The notes: a model not told the origin generated them from the sequence alone. Positions 27,384 to 38,408 are shown, counted from the first letter of the stretch. The stretch is DNA of 64,000 nucleotides from a virus (IMGVR_UViG_3300021197_001789:1708-65707), one strand, 5' to 3'. A program made the numbers and translations.

Positions 27384-28222
27384 TGAGTATGAACAAAGTA
27401 AAACTTAGCCAGATTATACGTGATTTTATAATCACCTTAGATCATGACGACTATGTATCTAATGCATCTGATGTTGCTATAAGAAACATAGCCCTCCGAG
27501 GGATACGTGAGATAGGATTTGATATAGGTAAAAAGATACGCTCTATTAAATTAACTGTTGAATCAAATGACACGGTAACTTTACCTGACGATTACGTAGA
27601 TGTAAGTAAAATAGGGATTATTGGGGAGGATGGAATTATTAGAGCCTTAAATCACAACAGCAATCTTAACTATTCACAAAAATATGAGGTGGATAGCGAT
27701 GGTGATGCCACTAACGAAACAAACGACAGTGACGAAGGACCGCTTAATATAGAAAACAACATTGTTCTGGATAGACAAGATGATAAAACATCTACTTCTA
27801 GTTCAGACGCTGATGATTTCAACGCGTTCATTTTTGAGAATTATATTTTTCAAGGAGGGACAGGACGTTTGTATGGGGTAGGTGGTGGTTCTGGCCCAGG
27901 TGAATATAGGATTAACTTAGATCAAAACAGAATAGAGATTGCGTCTAACAGTAATTTCACTCAGTTGGTTATGGAGTATGTAGCTGATGAAGCTAGATCT
28001 ACAGACCCAGAAGTTCATGTATATGCTGAAGAGGCATTAAGATGTTATATATATTATAAACTATGTGAACGGAAAGCAAGCGTACCAGCCAATGAAAAAG
28101 GAAGGGCGCGTTCTGAGTATTATAACGAAAGAAGAAAAGCTAACGCTAGATTAAGCACATTTACTAAGTCTGAAGCTCTTAAAACTATACGCAAGAACTT
28201 CATGCAGGCACCTAAGTTCTAA
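27383..28222 (+). CDS. tail ring / tubular protein
   Basis: TLPDDYV..SKIG and VH.YAEEAL..YI.Y motifs. Confidence 0.7.
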   Translation: MSMNKVKLSQIIRDFIITLDHDDYVSNASDVAIRNIALRGIREIGFDIGKKIRSIKLTVESNDTVTLPDDYVDVSKIGIIGEDGIIRALNHNSNLNYSQKYEVDSDGDATNETNDSDEGPLNIENNIVLDRQDDKTSTSSSDADDFNAFIFENYIFQGGTGRLYGVGGGSGPGEYRINLDQNRIEIASNSNFTQLVMEYVADEARSTDPEVHVYAEEALRCYIYYKLCERKASVPANEKGRARSEYYNERRKANARLSTFTKSEALKTIRKNFMQAPKF

Positions 28223-31200
28223 TGATAGATAAAATTACACCAAGAGCTCTGGATAAAAGTTCAGACCATAAACTTGTCCCAAAGACAAGCATGATAGATG
28301 CTCTTAATATGTATATTTCTGAGGATTCTATAGATGAGGAGGGCAACTCAGGGATTTTAAAAAACATAAAAGGAAATAAAAACGTAGAGTATGGTATTGG
28401 TAATGATTACCCCATTAACCCAGGAGTTGGGTTTAAGGTTATAGGTAGCGTTACAGATAGCTTAACACATATATGTTATTTTTTTGTATGGAGCGAGGAT
28501 GCGCGAGATCACGGGGTATGGGCATACGATAAATATGGAAAGCTTCCCCAAGGTGCTGGGACAAACCTCAATGCTACAATGGGAATAGAAAACTCTATAA
28601 GGAAGATATTTACGTCGTCTCAATTTAATTTTCCAGAACATGGGTTTGTTAAGGGGGATATAGTTCACAAAAGCGGTAGCGAGTTCTATCGGAGGGATAT
28701 ACAGCTAGGGGAGTATGATTTTGAGGCTATTGCGCAGGCAATCTTTGCTATGCTTGATGCTGGTGAGTTTCCTGAGACGTTGGATGTTGAAACCCCGCTT
28801 GGGGCGTCCTCCCCCATTTTTGCTGACGACTCTTTGAATATACGCTTTCCAAGTGAAGAAGGTAATATATACCCTAACCTTATTGAATGGTTTGACAACC
28901 CGCGTCGATCAAAACTTAAAGCAGAGTTTGAAAGGGACGCAATATTGTACTTTACGGATAACGAAAACGAGCCAAGGAAAATAAACATCTACAGGGCATT
29001 ATTAAATCAATTAACCCATATAGGGGGGTATGATGCTATTAGCGTAGCAGATTTTATATGCGCGTGCCCAAAGACACCTTTAGACAGGATATCTTTTGAG
29101 TTTTCACCCGACCTGCTCAGGTCGGTAAATAACTTTTCTACATCCCCAGGTTTTCAGTTTGCTTATCAAAATATATATATAGACGGGGCGGAGAGTGCTA
29201 TATCGACGTACTCACAAATAGCTTTCCCTCCTTCTGTTCTTAACAGGGGGGCAGCACAGACTTCAAACCTTCTTGGTCACAACCTCTGTACGCTAACTTT
29301 GCCTGTTTTAGGGGTAGAGATTGAAAGCATTAGAATATTAGCAAGGTATGGCAATACATCTAATTTCTTTGAAATAGACGAGGTTAAAAACAAAAGAGAT
29401 AAGTTTGATGACAACAACTTGTGGAATCACAGTACAAGAAAATATAAATTCTATAACGACAGGGTTGGATTTGGAGTCTCTCCAAAAGAGGTAGACAAAA
29501 CGTTTGATAATTTGCCGCGCAAGGCACAGGCACAGACAACTATAAGCAACCGCCTCGTATATGGAAACTACGTAGAGGGATATGACAATGTAGAGACGAA
29601 TTGTTCCTCACAAGTTATATACAATCCGAGGCCTATAGATTTTTTAGATCTAGTAATAAAGGCTCACCCATCTATTGAGCCTACACCTTTTGGGGACAAT
29701 AAAACAGTTGGTTTTCAAATAGACACAACTGAAATCCCCCCTACTGTACCAAAAGATACTGTAATTCAGGTTGCTTTAGACTACACTCCGCATAGCAATT
29801 TCCATCTATATCAGGCCCATAATACATCAGGCACTGTTGGTTCATCGTATCACCAGTCTAGACAGGTGGGAAAATATAGTTCTAACGCCAACGGGTATAG
29901 ACATTGGCCGCTTACGCATGAGCACAATTTCTTCTTTGAAGAGGGTGAAAGTGAAGATGATGTAGATGGTTTTAACTTTACACATGGAACGGAGAATTCA
30001 CCTTCTCCTGCGGATTTGCAGGAGCAAGGTTTCCCTAGTGAAGACGCGGGATTTAATATTGATAGCTGGGGAACTAAAAGCGGTTCTGGAGGGGCTTATT
30101 TAACTAAGGGTGAGCCATTTTTTGGGCAAAACTATGGGGTTGGTGCTAAGGCTGATGAATCTTTGTCTGACTTGGCGACTCCAGGAAATATAAACGATCT
30201 ACCATTATGGAGGGTAACAAATTCACACACATCCGCCGCGGGTATTGTAGATCTTGAAAATGGACATAAAGCCAGGTATGGTACTAGTGCGGGGAACCCG
30301 CTGATATTAAGCCAAGCGCCTTTACGGTTTGAGGTAAAGTTTAAGGTGGTGGAGAGTATTGTAGGTAACGCAAAAAGTGTTGTTGCGGCTATTATAACTG
30401 AGGCTTTGGCTGGGGCGGATGGTGTTCCTTTTTCTCAAGGCGGCGGCGGAGTCTTTACCTATGCTGCATTTATAGAGAATGGAGTTTGCGAAGAGGTGGT
30501 AAATACAGTACGTGTAACCAAAGACCAATACGATCTTGGTTTAGGGTACGACCCAGAAAATATATCTAACTCAAATTTTAGCTTCCCTTCTTTTGCGCAG
30601 AACGATGATTTGAGTCAACTTGTATGTGGGCTTGGAGCTTTAGATCACACCGATAACACAATAGGTGATTTAGGCACTTACTGGGGCAGAGGGGCTCAAG
30701 AGAGTATACCTTTTGGATTTTTTATCATAAACAGAGCAGAGGTAGATTTTTATCTAGAGCAGGTAGGTGGCGATCATCAGGATGGAAAGCATATGAGGCT
30801 TTGTATATCTAAGATAGATGTCGAGCAGGAGGATATTATGACCTGCATAAGGAGATTAGATCCGAGGTCTCCATGGTGGGCCGTACATCCATCTACTATA
30901 CAGGACCCAACCTTCGCAGGATCATTTTCCGCTTCAAATGGAGGCAACGGTGATTTAACTATCTGGGATACTACTGGGGTAGATGGCAGTTCAGAGGCTG
31001 AGCTATGGCAAAGCAGCTTCCCTTATAAATTTAAACTACCTGACCCTTTATTTCACGAAGGTCACCCTGCATTTGTAAACCCATATAAATGGTTTATAGC
31101 TATGTTTGATGTAAGCTCAGATCTTACTGACTTTGATTCAAGTTTGTTTGAAGGAGCAAATTTCTTTAACGAGAGGTGGGTAAACTTAGGGTTTTGTGGG

Positions 31201-34200
31201 TATTTAGATATATCTTCAGCAAATCACCCTCACATTTACAAGCCGCACAACGCAGACAACTCAGACTATATACCTAAACGAGGGGAAAGTAAATTTAAGT
31301 TTTCGCTTATGGATGGAGAGGGTGGCCCAGGTGGGATAAGTGCTGGGGGTAACGCTGCATACGATAAATATGGTAATGCAAATTATGGCTCTATCGCAGG
31401 GCGGGTAGATTTTGGATATGACGGGAGCAGCGTAAGTGTTTCTAGATACAATATAGGTAGTGGAGAACATTTATATCAGGCTATGGTTGGGGGGTCTGGT
31501 CTTGATTCAGATGATGAAATAGTAACAATCGGTATGACTCCAGCGGGCACAGGTAATGCGGGGGTAGGTATAGCTCTTGGTTTAGATGATAGCACCGAGG
31601 GGGAAAATATTTTATATAGAGAAAAATACGTTGTAAGCGGTCCCTTTTTTACGGGTAGTATTGCTATGAACCCCGTTGTTGGGGAATCTACGGACGCAGT
31701 AAACCCTAATCCATTTCCACCGATAAAAGACTACACAACAACTTTACCTCTTATATGGGTTAATAGCGGTCAGGTAACCTTAGGCACTAGCTCAACAATA
31801 CCTTTAAACTGGTTAAATACATCCTACCCTTGGCCACAGGTTATAAGAAACGCTTCACTGCCTTTTATTGATAGTTCTGGATTTATAACAAACGCAGAGA
31901 TTGATGAGTACCCATTTTTTAACCCTCAGTTTTACCCATCGGATGCGGTCTGGGGGGATCCTACTAGTGTTATGGATTTAGACGTAGACGATATTGTTGA
32001 TAACCTCACCTCCCCTCCTGATCATAATCATTTTGGCTGTGTTGATTTTTCAAAATTCCACTCGCATATACATGGGCAAAGTCAGTCATCATATGTAAGC
32101 GGGTTCGGCGAGGAAAATTTTTCATTCAAAACATCCGCAACACATGAGTTTGGTATAGTATACTACGACCAGAGGGGAAGGCACGGGTATGTAAACCACC
32201 TAGACTCGGTATATGTGGAGGGTTACTCTCCGCAAAAAAGAGGTTATAGTTTACAAGGTTCAGCACATATACAGCTAAGCCTCAAACACTCACCCCCGTC
32301 TTGGGCTCACAACTACAAAATAGCATATTCTAAAAACACTAGCGTTTCTGACTTTGTACAATACTCCGCTGGGGGTGCATTCGTTGCCGAGGGAGAGAGT
32401 ACGGCGGGCGATCCATCTAAAATCTATGTATCCTTAAATTACCTTCAGGGTCATCCTATATCTTACTCCAGTGCCTGGGGTGCTAGATCTAAAGAGGGGA
32501 GTATGGCTATATATACCCCGCAAGAAGGGGATAGACTGAGAGTTATATCTCATATGATGCCGCCTTCTTCAGAGGCTGCACCTACAAACATATACCCATT
32601 TAATTATGAGTTTGAGGTGTCTGGGGTTGTATCGCTTGATAATACTGAGGAAAACCCTTTATCTTATATTAACGACTCTGAAACTATTGTAGACGAAAAC
32701 AGGCAAGGCTTGTTTATTATATTAAAAAATAATAACTCGGCATCTGGATTTAGATATCAAGACGTAAGAGATGCGGTGCACAACTGGGGTAATAATTGTA
32801 TCGTTGAGATATTTTCACCCGTTAAAGAGATAGACCCTGAGGATAGATTGTATTACGAAATAGGCAAAACCTACAAAGTCTTAAGGCAAGAAAACGCAGA
32901 TGGGGAAGCTGAGTATGTGCATGAAGAAAATAATGTGCTTTTAACCGAGGGTGATGTATATTTTAGAAATACCGCGGTTAACCTAAGAGACTATAATACG
33001 GACTTAAATGATACTGGCTTAATAGGGTACGAGGATATAATAATAAACACTGAGCCAGATGATATTGAAACAGCAGACGTAAACGAGTTTAGGACATCGG
33101 AGTCTAACTTTAAGAGCTATTATCTAGAGTCTCCTGTGGGTACAGATTTGTTTAAATCAGATGCTATTTCTATAGGTCGCCCGAACATAATTAAGCACGA
33201 TGCATCAGAAAACCGCAAGTTAGCTAGCGTTATACATTCCGATAAGGATATTATAGACTCCAGCAAAGTCTCTTACTCTTCTTTTAATCGCTCTATACCT
33301 ATAGATCAGGATTTAGATATCAAGGGGGGTGAAATAAACTATCTCACCAATCACGGGGAAAACTGCTTCTTTGTTCAGAAAAATAAATGTGGGTATATAC
33401 CTATAGATAGAAACATAATTTCAGATGTATCTGGTGAGTCTAGTCTTATTGCATCTAGTAAATTTTTCAACACCCCCAAATACTACGCGGGTAGAGCTGG
33501 GGCGGATGGAAATCCTGAATCGGTTGTAAGTGTAGATAGCACCGCATATTTTGCACACAAAACATTAGGGGAGGTATATAAGGTCTCTGGGGCAAATGGG
33601 GTGCAGATAATTTCAGAAATAAACATGAAGTCATATTTCAGAGATTTGTTTCAAACCGCTATGGCTAAGTCTTTTACTGGCGGCCCCGTGCGTGTGGTAG
33701 GAGGATATGACCCATTGAAAAGTGAATATCTTTTAACCGTATTAAACCCAGGTAGATTTAAAGACAGACCAGAATTACCACCTGTGGAAAGGCCTAATCA
33801 GTTTGATTCGTCTGAAATAATATACGGGTGCACTGACTCTTTATCAGATAACTACAACCCAGAGGCTACCGTAAGTGATGGCTCATGTACATATGTGTAC
33901 GGGTGTACAAATCCTCTTGCAGATAACTATAACCCAGATGCTAACGTAAATGACAGTAACTGCATAGCTAACCCTGATTTATTCTGGTTTAACCCCTGCA
34001 ATTACCCTCAGCTTTTTAATGAGGAAGGCTATGTAGATGATTTTTCAATATTAGGAGCTTGGGAGACAGCAAGGAGTTTTGCGCAGGTTGATGAAAATGG
34101 CGTATTTGGGGTTGAGGGAATAAATGATTTTTTTGTAATGACAAATCAGTATCAACAACTTTTAGATGCTGGATCTACAGCCGAAACAATTAATTTAGTC

Positions 34201-35637
34201 TGGTCTTTACAATATCCTATCCAAGGTGAGTTTCTAGGTTTGGCTTCTTATGTAGGGATGGGAAATAATATTAACTATCTTAATAATGGCCCTCAAAATG
34301 TATACGGAGAGGGGTTTTTTACAGAGTCTTATGATTTTTATTGCGAGAATGACGTTACACAAGGTTTATCTGGGGGAGGTGAAACACAAGGAATCCCTGG
34401 GGGAGGCGGCGGTAATTTAGACTACAACGGTAGCGGAAGCAGCACAAACGGAGGAGGGGGGTTACCACCAACTGTACCGCCACCAACTGTACCACCACCA
34501 GGGTTGCCTTTAGCTCAGAGAAATACTAACTCAAGGGCGCAGACACAGCCTCTACCTTTTACGGGGAATCTGTGTGATTATGATATGCTTATAGATCCTC
34601 TAACTAGCGCTATAACTGCCGAAAGTATAACTCATGCCTTTAACCTTTTAAGGGATATTGTTGAATCTAATGATGGAGAAGGAATATCACCATATAATTC
34701 TGATGGTTACGGTGGGTTAGTAGCGTTAACTCATCTTTTCCCAAATTTTGCCAACGGGACCACAGAGTGGCCTGGGCTGGTGGGTCAGGGGACACTAATT
34801 CCATCAGACCCTAGTTTAGATGGTTTTTATAATACAACTTCAGGGGCGTGGGTTGAAAACTTCCCAACCATGGATTTTGAAAGCTATGGTGGAAACTGGT
34901 TTAACGGGTCAGATCTTATTAGCGCTTTAGCCACATTAAACCCTGAGTGGTATACTGTGCAAAACGGAATTGTAACAGGAGGGCCGCAGAGCAATGATAC
35001 ACTTTCTTTACCCTGCGTTTCTAATCCTGAGCCAACACTGGAATACACGGGGAACCTGTGTGACTACCCTATATTAGCTGATAATAATGGCGTAATATCC
35101 TTCGAGTCCATAATGCTTGCGTACGAAGATGTGTTAGATATGATGGGGCTTAATGAAAGTGATCCAAATTATATAACTATGGCGGAGGCAACGTTTGTTT
35201 TCCCCGATATAAGCGGTGATGGACAGATCCAAACTCAAGACATTGTACAGCTTTTAACAAACGATACAACTATTTTATGTAATGGTCCTGTCCCTCCCTC
35301 ACAAAACATATGCGACTATCCTTTGCTTGTAAATGACCAAGGTTTTATAACAACTCAATCTATAAGCGATGCCGTTTCCTTTGTATCTAATGGAATTTCT
35401 CAAGGAGATTTTTCTTCCGAATATGGGACGAGCTTACTGCCAGACTATAATAATGATGGACTTATAAGTACTACTGATATTTTATCTCTTCTTAATCTTC
35501 CGTTGCCTATAAACTGCGGGGAGGGGATTCCAGGTATAGTTAAACCTATTAAAGACAGGCGGATTTCAAATTTAACCTCTGCAAAAGACTCAGCAGTAAA
35601 ACAAGTAAAGAACAAAAGAAAAAAAGATAATTACTAA
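28222..35637 (+). CDS. tail nozzle/muzzle (stabilisation) protein, N-terminal part, with C-terminal GCTD repeats and dockerin-like repeats
   Basis: DALN..I...G.LKNIKGN, LYFTDN.NEPRKINI, NRLVYGNYVEGYD, FGIVYYD.RGR, G...NPESV, GGYDP...EYLLT. Confidence 0.75.
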   Translation: MIDKITPRALDKSSDHKLVPKTSMIDALNMYISEDSIDEEGNSGILKNIKGNKNVEYGIGNDYPINPGVGFKVIGSVTDSLTHICYFFVWSEDARDHGVWAYDKYGKLPQGAGTNLNATMGIENSIRKIFTSSQFNFPEHGFVKGDIVHKSGSEFYRRDIQLGEYDFEAIAQAIFAMLDAGEFPETLDVETPLGASSPIFADDSLNIRFPSEEGNIYPNLIEWFDNPRRSKLKAEFERDAILYFTDNENEPRKINIYRALLNQLTHIGGYDAISVADFICACPKTPLDRISFEFSPDLLRSVNNFSTSPGFQFAYQNIYIDGAESAISTYSQIAFPPSVLNRGAAQTSNLLGHNLCTLTLPVLGVEIESIRILARYGNTSNFFEIDEVKNKRDKFDDNNLWNHSTRKYKFYNDRVGFGVSPKEVDKTFDNLPRKAQAQTTISNRLVYGNYVEGYDNVETNCSSQVIYNPRPIDFLDLVIKAHPSIEPTPFGDNKTVGFQIDTTEIPPTVPKDTVIQVALDYTPHSNFHLYQAHNTSGTVGSSYHQSRQVGKYSSNANGYRHWPLTHEHNFFFEEGESEDDVDGFNFTHGTENSPSPADLQEQGFPSEDAGFNIDSWGTKSGSGGAYLTKGEPFFGQNYGVGAKADESLSDLATPGNINDLPLWRVTNSHTSAAGIVDLENGHKARYGTSAGNPLILSQAPLRFEVKFKVVESIVGNAKSVVAAIITEALAGADGVPFSQGGGGVFTYAAFIENGVCEEVVNTVRVTKDQYDLGLGYDPENISNSNFSFPSFAQNDDLSQLVCGLGALDHTDNTIGDLGTYWGRGAQESIPFGFFIINRAEVDFYLEQVGGDHQDGKHMRLCISKIDVEQEDIMTCIRRLDPRSPWWAVHPSTIQDPTFAGSFSASNGGNGDLTIWDTTGVDGSSEAELWQSSFPYKFKLPDPLFHEGHPAFVNPYKWFIAMFDVSSDLTDFDSSLFEGANFFNERWVNLGFCGYLDISSANHPHIYKPHNADNSDYIPKRGESKFKFSLMDGEGGPGGISAGGNAAYDKYGNANYGSIAGRVDFGYDGSSVSVSRYNIGSGEHLYQAMVGGSGLDSDDEIVTIGMTPAGTGNAGVGIALGLDDSTEGENILYREKYVVSGPFFTGSIAMNPVVGESTDAVNPNPFPPIKDYTTTLPLIWVNSGQVTLGTSSTIPLNWLNTSYPWPQVIRNASLPFIDSSGFITNAEIDEYPFFNPQFYPSDAVWGDPTSVMDLDVDDIVDNLTSPPDHNHFGCVDFSKFHSHIHGQSQSSYVSGFGEENFSFKTSATHEFGIVYYDQRGRHGYVNHLDSVYVEGYSPQKRGYSLQGSAHIQLSLKHSPPSWAHNYKIAYSKNTSVSDFVQYSAGGAFVAEGESTAGDPSKIYVSLNYLQGHPISYSSAWGARSKEGSMAIYTPQEGDRLRVISHMMPPSSEAAPTNIYPFNYEFEVSGVVSLDNTEENPLSYINDSETIVDENRQGLFIILKNNNSASGFRYQDVRDAVHNWGNNCIVEIFSPVKEIDPEDRLYYEIGKTYKVLRQENADGEAEYVHEENNVLLTEGDVYFRNTAVNLRDYNTDLNDTGLIGYEDIIINTEPDDIETADVNEFRTSESNFKSYYLESPVGTDLFKSDAISIGRPNIIKHDASENRKLASVIHSDKDIIDSSKVSYSSFNRSIPIDQDLDIKGGEINYLTNHGENCFFVQKNKCGYIPIDRNIISDVSGESSLIASSKFFNTPKYYAGRAGADGNPESVVSVDSTAYFAHKTLGEVYKVSGANGVQIISEINMKSYFRDLFQTAMAKSFTGGPVRVVGGYDPLKSEYLLTVLNPGRFKDRPELPPVERPNQFDSSEIIYGCTDSLSDNYNPEATVSDGSCTYVYGCTNPLADNYNPDANVNDSNCIANPDLFWFNPCNYPQLFNEEGYVDDFSILGAWETARSFAQVDENGVFGVEGINDFFVMTNQYQQLLDAGSTAETINLVWSLQYPIQGEFLGLASYVGMGNNINYLNNGPQNVYGEGFFTESYDFYCENDVTQGLSGGGETQGIPGGGGGNLDYNGSGSSTNGGGGLPPTVPPPTVPPPGLPLAQRNTNSRAQTQPLPFTGNLCDYDMLIDPLTSAITAESITHAFNLLRDIVESNDGEGISPYNSDGYGGLVALTHLFPNFANGTTEWPGLVGQGTLIPSDPSLDGFYNTTSGAWVENFPTMDFESYGGNWFNGSDLISALATLNPEWYTVQNGIVTGGPQSNDTLSLPCVSNPEPTLEYTGNLCDYPILADNNGVISFESIMLAYEDVLDMMGLNESDPNYITMAEATFVFPDISGDGQIQTQDIVQLLTNDTTILCNGPVPPSQNICDYPLLVNDQGFITTQSISDAVSFVSNGISQGDFSSEYGTSLLPDYNNDGLISTTDILSLLNLPLPINCGEGIPGIVKPIKDRRISNLTSAKDSAVKQVKNKRKKDNY
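33826..33963 (+). repeat. two GCT(D/N)xxxxNYNPxAxxxDxxC repeats
   Basis: GCTDSLSDNYNPEATVSDGSC and GCTNPLADNYNPDANVNDSNC. Confidence 0.8.
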
Positions 35638-35639
35638 TT

Positions 35640-37109
35640 ATGCCTCACGAATCAACGCTTACAGGATCAACATCAAGTTTACCTTTATACACAGGTACTA
35701 CTATTTCGTTCTCAACGAAATCAAATGTATGGAGGTCTAGGTATTCTTTTACCCCATCATGTTATATGACGGTAAATAACGAGATGTTATCTAGTAATAT
35801 AGAAGTAGGTGACGTTTCAGGAATAACTGATTTGGGTTCTGATTATAATATGGGTCCAGAAAATGCAATAAGCTTTTATGGTGTTGGGGCAGTTATGTCT
35901 AGCCAGTTTCCTCTTAACGGAAACAGTAGAGTGTGGAAGCACGATGTAAACTCAGTGTATAATCACTTTTATAATGCGCCTGTTGCGCCTTCATCTGTAG
36001 AGGTTGTATCTAATGACAATCCTTCGTCTGTCAAAATATTTAAAAGTCTTTCTCTAGAAAGCAGCACTACGGGCTGGGAGGGTGAAGTATATACAAACGA
36101 AGACAGGGGTGAACAGGCTCAACAGCAAGGATTTTTTCTAAATTTTATTGAAAAGGAGGGGGTGCAATACGCTGAAATTCCTAAGGATTTATTAAACTCC
36201 ACAGGGAATCTTTATCTTGTGGGACGGGTGCTTTTAAAGCAACAACTCTATCCTTTTGACAATGAGGGTAATTGGATAGGTAATTATATACAGGAATATA
36301 ATTGGTTTGGCCCTTCCTTAGATGCTAACGGTGATCCTGTTGCCCCATATGCCGAAGAAGGAGATGTTGTCCCTGCAGAAACGTGGGATGTTCCTTTATG
36401 GGGACCGCCTCTTGCTGGATTCCCAAGCGCGGGATCTTCAGGGGTGTTTTTTGGTAAAAGCTTATTATCCGTAACGGAGGATGGGGAAATTTATTCAGCT
36501 TTACCAGGGTTGTATCCAGCCAACCCAGACTCTTATGGGTATAAATCAGGTGGAATAAGGTTGGTATCATATACTAATCAACATCAACCCATAAGTCACC
36601 TTACAGGGGATTGGAAACCCCCCAATAGCGTTAGGCTTAAGCTAGGTAGATCCACTCTTGGGGTTCAGCAGCAAATACTTGGAGAATTTGTGGAGGAGCT
36701 AATTAAGGACGTTGAGGCATTTGATCCCTACGATACCTGTGCGGATTCAGGGCTGCCACCATGTGCTCCTGGGTGTTTTACTCCCATAGAAGATTTTACC
36801 TTTGAGAGCACCCAGTGCCTGATCCATTATTTTGGATATGAGCCAACAGAAGAAGATTTAGCAAATGGTATATGGACTGGAACTTTACCTGGTGCTGCTG
36901 TTATTGTAGACCCAAACCTTGCATTTGATATTAATAGGAATGGCTGGGTTGGTGTTTATGTATTGATGGATCCTTTACTAAACGGAGATATGATGAGAGG
37001 TCCATATGCAGGAATAAAACTTACCGCACCCAACCCATCTGAAGCAATAGAACTGTTCGCAATCAATGTGGATTATGAAAAGACAAAGCTTGATGGTAGT
37101 TTGGGTTAA
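35640..37109 (+). CDS. tail nozzle protein, C-terminal part
   Basis: TISFS...W.SRYSFTP, VVSNDNPS.VKIFKSLSLES, FIEKEG..YA, G.MMRGPY, ELFAIN. Confidence 0.65.
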   Translation: MPHESTLTGSTSSLPLYTGTTISFSTKSNVWRSRYSFTPSCYMTVNNEMLSSNIEVGDVSGITDLGSDYNMGPENAISFYGVGAVMSSQFPLNGNSRVWKHDVNSVYNHFYNAPVAPSSVEVVSNDNPSSVKIFKSLSLESSTTGWEGEVYTNEDRGEQAQQQGFFLNFIEKEGVQYAEIPKDLLNSTGNLYLVGRVLLKQQLYPFDNEGNWIGNYIQEYNWFGPSLDANGDPVAPYAEEGDVVPAETWDVPLWGPPLAGFPSAGSSGVFFGKSLLSVTEDGEIYSALPGLYPANPDSYGYKSGGIRLVSYTNQHQPISHLTGDWKPPNSVRLKLGRSTLGVQQQILGEFVEELIKDVEAFDPYDTCADSGLPPCAPGCFTPIEDFTFESTQCLIHYFGYEPTEEDLANGIWTGTLPGAAVIVDPNLAFDINRNGWVGVYVLMDPLLNGDMMRGPYAGIKLTAPNPSEAIELFAINVDYEKTKLDGSLG

Positions 37110-37115
37110 ATTCAC

Positions 37116-37123
37116 TAAATTTG
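37116..37123 (+). promoter_or_regulatory. TAnnTTTG -7 promoter (TAAATTTG)
   Basis: Consensus match 7 nt before ATG 37131. Confidence 0.55.
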
Positions 37124-37130
37124 TAAAACT

Positions 37131-38408
37131 ATGAGCGAAAAGAAATATAACACAGGTGGGCAGATTGATTTTATGGACCTAATCAATAGAGGTCTTCAAT
37201 CTCAAGTAAACCCTGAGGTTCTCGCTAAGCAAAGACGTCAACAAGGCGTTATATCGGGGGTGGCTGGTATAGCCGACGCTATAAGTGGCGGTGTGGGGCA
37301 GAGACAGGCCGAAGGTGATATAGAAACATTTGGTGCTGAGGCCGATGCAATTAGGCAGCAGATGAGGGATATGAAGGCTCCGAGTATAATGAGCCCAGAG
37401 AATCAGGCCGCCGCAGTACGTAACGCAACTATACTTGGTGCAGGAAGACCCCAGGAGGACTCATCAGAGCTCGCTGCAGCGAAGATGGCTATGGATGCAG
37501 GGGCAGACCCAGCTAACATACAAAGAGCGCTTACAGAGGCTGAGGCGCAGAAAGACGCAACAGCAAGAGCAGAGCAACAAGGAGCGTTTAGAGAAGGTCT
37601 TGGGTATGCACATCAAGATGCTATGAGCGATTACCAGAGGCAGATGCAAAATCTCGGTATGGATTACGACGAAAACCAGAGAGCATTAGAGATGGCGCAG
37701 AACCAGAGTTTAGCGGCTCAGCAGCAGAAGCAGGGTGGTTTTAGTAATCTGGCTCGTGGTACTACTCAGTTTCTTTCTTCTGGTGGCGTAGATGCTATAG
37801 GAAATTTGTTTGGAAATAAAAACAAAACAACAACAGGTACAGGAGGTGAAGGTATGTTTGGGGCTAAAGACACACCTTTTGGAACGGGAGGTTTAGAAGG
37901 AACTTCTTTTTTGGATAAATCTATTCAAGGGCAAGGTTTAAGTCAAGTTCAAAAGTTAAACATGCTAAGAAGCGGCAGATCTCCCGACACGGGGCCTCAG
38001 GGGATTTTTCCTACGGGCATAAATGATTTGATTGGGAACCTTAATACATTGTCTGGCCCTTACAGTGTTGGTTTAGGTCAGCAAACCGCAAATCCACCTA
38101 TTCCATATAATAATGCATATGCTCAAGGAGGTGCTGTACAAGCAACCCCAGGGGCGTTTAATCACGACAACGGGGATGGAGAGTTTCAAACTGGTGAAAA
38201 TGAGATACTTGGGTTTGCTCAAACAGCAAACGGTTTAGAAGACACTGGCATCCGTATGACGGGTGGTGAGTTTGTTATCAACCCTGATCAGGCGGAAGGT
38301 ATGGAGAAGGCATACGACAGAATAAAAAGAAAAAAAGATCCAAGCAGAGCAGACTTAATGGCTCTATATGAGGCGGTTCGCTTTCTTGACGAACCTCAAT
38401 TTGATTAA
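37131..38408 (+). CDS. putative ejection/internal virion protein
   Basis: Gln/Ala/Gly-rich helical; KYNTGG and YAQGG motifs; TPG.F.H..MTGGEFVINP C-domain. Confidence 0.7.
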   Translation: MSEKKYNTGGQIDFMDLINRGLQSQVNPEVLAKQRRQQGVISGVAGIADAISGGVGQRQAEGDIETFGAEADAIRQQMRDMKAPSIMSPENQAAAVRNATILGAGRPQEDSSELAAAKMAMDAGADPANIQRALTEAEAQKDATARAEQQGAFREGLGYAHQDAMSDYQRQMQNLGMDYDENQRALEMAQNQSLAAQQQKQGGFSNLARGTTQFLSSGGVDAIGNLFGNKNKTTTGTGGEGMFGAKDTPFGTGGLEGTSFLDKSIQGQGLSQVQKLNMLRSGRSPDTGPQGIFPTGINDLIGNLNTLSGPYSVGLGQQTANPPIPYNNAYAQGGAVQATPGAFNHDNGDGEFQTGENEILGFAQTANGLEDTGIRMTGGEFVINPDQAEGMEKAYDRIKRKKDPSRADLMALYEAVRFLDEPQFD

